Part shown: piece by piece, positions 59,508 through 64,000 of the stretch | Position numbering within the stretch: position 1 is the first letter of the stretch | How the letters are laid out: each line of letters begins with the position of its first letter | From: an uncultured Candidatus Saccharibacteria bacterium | Lineage (GTDB): Bacteria; Patescibacteriota; Minisyncoccia; Phycocordibacterales; UBA12088 | Assembly: GCA_964383505.1 (NCBI GenBank) | Contig: CAYLHB010000001.1 | Span: 1,232-65,231, forward strand | Direction of reading: 5' to 3' | DNA: 64,000 bases | Notes under the pieces: generated by a model | Database searches by the model: none | Told to the model about the DNA's origin: nothing | Seen by the model: only the letters and a program-made list of their open reading frames with translations | Made by a program: the position numbers and the translations under genes

Positions 59508-59875
59508 GGAGCCGGTTACCCGTCGTGCCAGCTAGACAACGTGCCTAGTGAGGCAATGGGTAACGCGCTCTTTCGAGAACTGTCGAAACAGGAGAAAAAA
59601 ACATGTCGCACACGCGCGCCGGTCCGACGACCGGTAAGACCGTCATGGATGTGAACCAACGCGACATGGGTACCGACAACATCGAGACCGGCGCCGGCGT
59701 CAGCACCGCCTGAGACGCCGACCCTGATCGAGCGCGCGGCATCTCGCCTGTATGCATAGCACTTAAGGAGGGAAAAGCCATCAACCCAAGCTAGTATGAG
59801 CGAGACTCAGAACACTTGGGCTGGAAGCGACAAGTTATTCATTCGGGGCCGGCAGTGCTACACTGCCGGCCCCTT
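59508..59875 (+). ncRNA. Candidate ~370-nt structured RNA containing a small ORF
   Basis: Follows a consensus promoter; long 5' hairpin (GGAGC..GTTACCC..GGGTAAC..GCTCT); further stems; ends in a 13-bp perfect hairpin at 59845-59873. Confidence 0.55.
59603..59713 (+). CDS. 36-aa small ORF MSHTRAGPTTGKTVMDVNQRDMGTDNIETGAGVSTA
   Basis: AGGAG Shine-Dalgarno and A-rich spacer before the ATG; mostly C-ending codons. Confidence 0.5.
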   Translation: MSHTRAGPTTGKTVMDVNQRDMGTDNIETGAGVSTA

Positions 59876-59915
59876 CGACTTGACACGAAGGATAGTCGAG
59901 TGCTACATTCTTTTT

Positions 59916-60043
59916 GGTTAGGGGGACGCGGCACCCACATATTTTGCCGCATACTGGCTATAAGGGGGTGGCCCCCGTGCGGGCATGTTCCGCGACAATA
60001 TTAGGGAGGCTCATGCATGACGCATCGGGCCTCCATTTGTTTT
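59916..60043 (+). ncRNA. Candidate ~125-nt small RNA
   Basis: Own promoter (TTGACA 59880, TGcTACATT ending 59909); rod-like fold with internal bubble; GGAGGCTC..GGGCCTCC hairpin followed by a T-rich run. Confidence 0.45.
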
Positions 60044-60069
60044 GACAATATTCAAATCTCCCGTATACT
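60042..60069 (+). promoter_or_regulatory. Promoter of rplJ-rplL
   Basis: TTGACA, 16-nt spacer, TATACT. Confidence 0.75.
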
Positions 60070-60079
60070 CGCACCCATA

Positions 60080-60240
60080 GCCCCGGAGACAGCAGGTAGT
60101 TGCGTGAGCGACCATAAATCCTGCCGAGAGGTTTCTCACCGTTTGCACAGGTCGAGTGTGTACGGCTTCGGTGGCTCTTATGAGCCAATTTTTGATGATC
60201 TTGTAACGCAATCTCGCGTTGCTCGATTCTTAACAAGATC
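60080..60240 (+). promoter_or_regulatory. Ribosomal protein L10 leader (autoregulatory RNA)
   Basis: AGACAGCAGG...TAAATCCTGCCGAG pattern directly upstream of rplJ. Confidence 0.7.
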
Positions 60241-60244
60241 TATC

Positions 60245-60736
60245 ATGGCTGTAACAAAACAAAAAAAGGTTGAGATTCTCGACACCCTGTCCACGGGAGC
60301 GAAATCAGCAAAGTCGATGGTCTTTGTCGGTTTTCGCAAGCTCACGGTAAAGGATACTGAGGAGCTTCGACGCAAATTGCGCGCCGAGCACGTGTCGTAC
60401 TATGTGGCGAAAAAGACGCTCATACGCAAAGCGCTCACAGAGCTTGGTCTTGAGGGAACCATGCCGGAGCTTCCCGGAGAGGTTGCGCTCGCGTGGGGGG
60501 AGGACCTCATCGCGCCTGCGCGGGAGATCAACGAGTACGCGAAGACCAAGAAAGAGCAGGTGCTCATTCTCGGCGGCGTGTTCGAGGGGAAGTTTATGGA
60601 TGCGGCGGAGATGACGGAGATAGCGACTATCCCGTCTCGCCACCAACTCCTCGGCATGTTCGTTAATCTTATCAATTCGCCCATCCAGCGTTTTGCGGTT
60701 GTACTCGACAGGTACGCGGAGAAGCGTGGTGAGTAG
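60245..60736 (+). CDS. rplJ: 50S ribosomal protein L10
   Basis: TKQKK, LRRKLR..YYVAKKTL, IATIPSRHQLL; precedes rplL. Confidence 0.95.
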   Translation: MAVTKQKKVEILDTLSTGAKSAKSMVFVGFRKLTVKDTEELRRKLRAEHVSYYVAKKTLIRKALTELGLEGTMPELPGEVALAWGEDLIAPAREINEYAKTKKEQVLILGGVFEGKFMDAAEMTEIATIPSRHQLLGMFVNLINSPIQRFAVVLDRYAEKRGE

Positions 60737-60783
60737 CACGTGTAAAAATTACAAGCAGTATCATTCACTAACATACAACTACC

Positions 60784-61260
60784 ATGGCAGATGAAGACAC
60801 AAAGCAGGAGGTTGTCGAAACGACTCCTGCAACAGAAGAGGTAAAGGAAACTTCGGCACCCGCAGAGGAAGAGAAAGCAGAAGTGCCGGCAAAATTCAAA
60901 GCGCTTGTTGAGCAGGTGGAATCCATGAGCGTGCTTGAGCTCCATGAGCTCGTCAAGGCACTCGAGAAGCGTTTCGGAGTGTCAGCGGCCGCGGTCGCTA
61001 TAGCGGCTCCGGGTGCCGGAGCAGGCGCGGGTGCGGCTGAGGAGGAGAAGTCCACGTTCACAGTTGAGCTCACCGACGGTGGTGCACAAAAGATTGCGGT
61101 TATCAAGGTGGTGAAGGAGGTGCTCGGTCTTGGCCTCAAGGAGGCGAAGGATCTTGTAGACGGTGCGCCTTCTGTACTCAAGGAGAATGTACAGAAGGAA
61201 GAAGCGGAAGAATTGAAGAAGAAAATGGAAGAGGCGGGAGGAAAGGTGACACTCAAGTAG
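60784..61260 (+). CDS. rplL: 50S ribosomal protein L7/L12 with acidic N-terminal extension
   Basis: [46 protein letters not shown]. Confidence 0.97.
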   Translation: MADEDTKQEVVETTPATEEVKETSAPAEEEKAEVPAKFKALVEQVESMSVLELHELVKALEKRFGVSAAAVAIAAPGAGAGAGAAEEEKSTFTVELTDGGAQKIAVIKVVKEVLGLGLKEAKDLVDGAPSVLKENVQKEEAEELKKKMEEAGGKVTLK

Positions 61261-61394
61261 GAGTATTCAAACAGCACACATAGAGACACGCACCTGCAAG
61301 GGTGCGTGTTTCGGTATACCTTCCTCGTGCCTTTTCATTACAGAATCTCTGTATTATGCTTACGTGTAGGTGCAAACACGTTATGGGTTGTGCT

Positions 61395-61544
61395 ATGCAA
61401 AATACTCAGAAACGGCAGGTACCAAAGCCCGCAACAAAGAAACCGGCCCAGTGGCCTGAAGCACCAAGGTGGTTGCTTCTGCTTACACCGCTTATAATTG
61501 TGGCAATTATGCTGCGGATAGTTTTTATAGGTAACCCCGGATGA
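61395..61544 (+). CDS. Small membrane protein (49 aa)
   Basis: Basic N-terminus followed by one TM (WLLLLTPLIIVAIMLRIVFIG). Confidence 0.5.
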   Translation: MQNTQKRQVPKPATKKPAQWPEAPRWLLLLTPLIIVAIMLRIVFIGNPG

Positions 61545-61605
61545 CAACATCCGGGGTTTCCCACAAGTGGTGCGCGGCTTCGCGAGGCCGTATACTACCT
61601 CCCAT

Positions 61606-62220
61606 ATGCGCGAGCTTTCAAAGCTTTTTGGTTCTCCTGCGAAGGTGAAGTTGCTCCGTTTGTTCTGTTTCAACCCAGACCTCGTAGTGGACAGGGATGA
61701 TGTCGTGAAGCGTCTTCGCATTTCTCCCGACACCGCTACAAGAGAGCTTGCGGCGCTCGGGAGGGCGGGGGTGCTCCGCAAGCGCGAGTTTTTCAAAGAG
61801 TACGGCACCGATGCGAAGGGAAACCCAAAGAAGCGGCGAGCGGCGGGGTGGATGCTTGATGCACGCCACCCTCACCTCACGCCACTCCGTACTTTCTTGG
61901 CAGATACACTTCTGCCGACAGGGGACGAGATTCTCAAGCACCTCAAGGGGGTGGGCCAGCTTCGCCTTGTCGTGACGAGCGGCCTTTTTTTGCAAAACGG
62001 GGAGAGCGCGCTTGACCTCCTCATTGTGGGAGAGAAAATTGACGTCCAGGCGCTTGCACTTTCCATACGTCAGCTCGAAGCAGAGCTCGGTAAGGAGCTT
62101 CGCTACGCAACCCTCACGTCGGATGATTTTGCGTTTCGAAAGCGTGTACAGGACAGGTTGGTTCGCGAGGTGCTCGATTTTCCCCATGAGTGCATACTCG
62201 ACCGTCTACACGCCACGTAA
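61606..62220 (+). CDS. wHTH plus degenerate nucleotidyltransferase-like domain protein
   Basis: LFGSPAKVKLLRLF..RELAAL wHTH; SGLF..LDLLIVG..LEAELGKELRY NTase-like fold. Confidence 0.7.
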   Translation: MRELSKLFGSPAKVKLLRLFCFNPDLVVDRDDVVKRLRISPDTATRELAALGRAGVLRKREFFKEYGTDAKGNPKKRRAAGWMLDARHPHLTPLRTFLADTLLPTGDEILKHLKGVGQLRLVVTSGLFLQNGESALDLLIVGEKIDVQALALSIRQLEAELGKELRYATLTSDDFAFRKRVQDRLVREVLDFPHECILDRLHAT

Positions 62221-62291
62221 TCCACATACTTCTCCACACCAGCTCTGCAAAAGCGAGCGAATGTAGATAATGTGTTGCGATGTAGCCATAT

Positions 62292-62319
62292 TTGACAAGG
62301 TTTTCAGTGTGAGTATACT
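62292..62319 (+). promoter_or_regulatory. rRNA promoter for the stand-alone 23S gene
   Basis: TTGACA, 16-nt spacer, TATACT; boxA-like GAACATTGACAAC near 62530. Confidence 0.75.
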
Positions 62320-62932
62320 GTCTCTACCTTATGAAGGGTATTACAAGCTCACAGCGTATGCGGGTCGGGTAGCCGGTGTATTTGTGGGGCTACGCAGACC
62401 GCGCAAGCGGTTTTTTTCTTCCCAGCATACTACCTATACAACACCCACACACAGCCATTCTTTCTTCGCACAGGGCACATGCGTGTGCATTGAAGCGGAG
62501 ACGGAATGACCGAAACGGAAGGGCGGCCGAACATTGACAACTCCATAGGTCCCGGTAGGTGCGCAAGCGCCTAGTGCGGGACGCGGGTACGCTTGAAAGC
62601 AGAGGTGCTTTCAAGCGTGAAAAAGCATACACCTGTCCGGTAGCGTTAGCGTTTAGCGCGCCGGACACAGTCGAGTCCCACAGAAGCGACGCCCCCAATG
62701 CGGTGGTGGCCTTGCGTACAGTGCGGTATGGCAACATGCTGCGGTGCTATAGTGGGTTCGACATTGTTAGATTTCCCGACAGGAAATCTAAGGGCATACG
62801 GTGGATGCCTTGGCTTGAAGAGGCGATGAAGGACGTGGTACGACTGCGATAAGCTTCGGGGAGGTGTCTAGCAACCTTTGATCCGGAGATGTCCGAATGG
62901 GGAAACCCCCTATGACAAACTCATAGGATCCG

Positions 62933-63019
62933 GCACTTTCTAAGAATCTGTATAAAACACAACAGGAGTACTCCTAAAAGGAAACTTGCTGTGAAAAGAA
63001 TCGGAGTTTTAGAAAGTGC
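62933..63019 (+). other. 23S insertion 1 (about helix 10), 87 nt
   Basis: GCACTTTCTAAGAA...GTTTTAGAAAGTGC long stem. Confidence 0.85.
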
Positions 63020-63078
63020 CGGAAGCAGACCCAGGGAATTGAAACATCTTAGTACCTGGTGGAAAAGAGACCAATAAC

Positions 63079-63125
63079 GGATTTTTTGCCGTGGCGGCGT
63101 CCATTGCCGGTACGGTAAAAAATCC
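63079..63125 (+). other. 23S hairpin insertion (about helix 12), 47 nt, unrelated termini
   Basis: GGATTTTTTGCCGT...ACGGTAAAAAATCC. Confidence 0.7.
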
Positions 63126-63173
63126 AGGCATTTCCTGAGTAGCGGCGAGCGAAACGGAAGGAGCCCAAACCCA

Positions 63174-63262
63174 GCACTTTCTAAGTGTCTAACATAGAAC
63201 TACACGGATCCTTATGGTGATACGGCGTCTGTGTTGTAAAATGTTGGATATTGAGAAAGTGC
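63174..63262 (+). other. 23S insertion 2 (about helix 15), 89 nt
   Basis: GCACTTTCTAAGTGTCTAACAT...ATGTTGGATATTGAGAAAGTGC. Confidence 0.85.
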
Positions 63263-63471
63263 TGGGGGTTGTAGGGCGGTAGCGTCGGCAACGAGGAGAG
63301 TCATAAAATGTGTTTGTTAGCGGAACGCTCTGGAAAGGGCGGCCCCAGCGGGTAACAGCCCCGTACGCGAAAACGAACACGTCTCTCTTACTACCGTTCC
63401 TGAGTAGCGCGGGACACGAATAGCCTGCGTGAATCCGGGTGCACTAACACCCAAGGCTAAATACTCTTCAA

Positions 63472-63517
<46 letters not shown>

Positions 63518-63571
63518 GGGAGGGGAGTGAAATAGAACTGAAACCGTATGCTTACAAGGAGTCGGAGCCCC

Positions 63572-63660
63572 GCACTTTCTAGAACTTGAGTGGCACACTG
63601 AGCTCAAGAATGGAGAAGGTATCTGTTGCGTGCAGAACCTGTTTGAGTTTTAGAAAGTGC
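63572..63660 (+). other. 23S insertion 3 (helix 25), 89 nt
   Basis: GCACTTTCTAGAACTTGAG...TTTGAGTTTTAGAAAGTGC. Confidence 0.85.
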
Positions 63661-64000
63661 GGGGTGACGGCGTGCCTATTGAAGAATGAGCCGGCGAGTT
63701 TACGCACGTGGCTATGGCTAAGGGGCGACCCCCGGAGCCGCAGCGAAAGCGAGTCTGAATAGGGCGATTCAGTCGCGCGCGTAAGACCCGAATCGAGGTG
63801 AGCTTACCATGAGCAGGGTGAAGCGGCTGTAACAGGCCGTGGAGGCCCGAACCGGTTCGCAGTGCGACACGATCGGATGACTTGTGGTAAGGAGTGAAAA
63901 GCTAATCGAACCTCGTAATAGCTGGTTCTCTCCGAAATAGCTTTAGGGCTAGCGTCATATGTTCCCTTTGGGGGTAGAGCACTGGAAGGTCTGAATAGGG

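Noticed and set aside
59508-59875. tmRNA, RNase P RNA, SRP RNA or hammerhead ribozyme
   Set aside because: No acceptor stem, T-loop or CCA; no GAGGAAAGTCC; no SRP domain IV motif; CTGATCGAG and GAAA are not arranged as a hammerhead core
62320-62777. tRNA or ORF in the 23S leader (GGTTCGAC at ~62755; ORFs 62390-62737 and 62559-62852)
   Set aside because: No cloverleaf around the TTCGA; the ORFs have no protein-like features, and one runs into the rRNA

Overview
Bacterial chromosome window, most consistent with a Patescibacteria (CPR, Parcubacteria-like) genome using genetic code 11. The assignment is inferred from a compact core-gene set, a type IV pilus cluster, an IleRS with an inserted extra domain, a 23S rRNA gene with no adjacent 16S, and scarce Shine-Dalgarno sites. 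In order, the window holds: pgk-tpiA and a pilB-pilC-minor pilin cluster (minus strand); nusA, ppa, tig, clpP, rny, a stand-alone prephenate dehydratase, HU, rpsT and tRNA-Lys; a small accessory region (putative adhesin, IS5-family element nested in an IS30 remnant); murE, ruvA; a dTTP-supply cluster (dcd, thyX, tmk, dut, glyA); argS, ileS, recO, glyQS, metG; an AT-richer surface-protein insert; tatD, rpsF-ssb-rpsR, efp, recA, ftsK; a wHTH gene studded with GGACA repeats; an acidic S-layer-like gene; a REP-like-flanked membrane-gene trio; two candidate ncRNA units; rplJ-rplL; and the 5' 1.2 kb of 23S rRNA. Strongest candidate novelty: three 87-89 nt insertions in different 23S helices share the terminal inverted repeat GCACTTTCT...AGAAAGTGC but have unrelated interiors. 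Other leads are the promoter-bounded structured RNAs at 59.5-60.0 kb (one with a 36-codon ORF) and the wHTH/GGACA-repeat locus next to ftsK. All calls were made by eye; no searches or folding programs were run.
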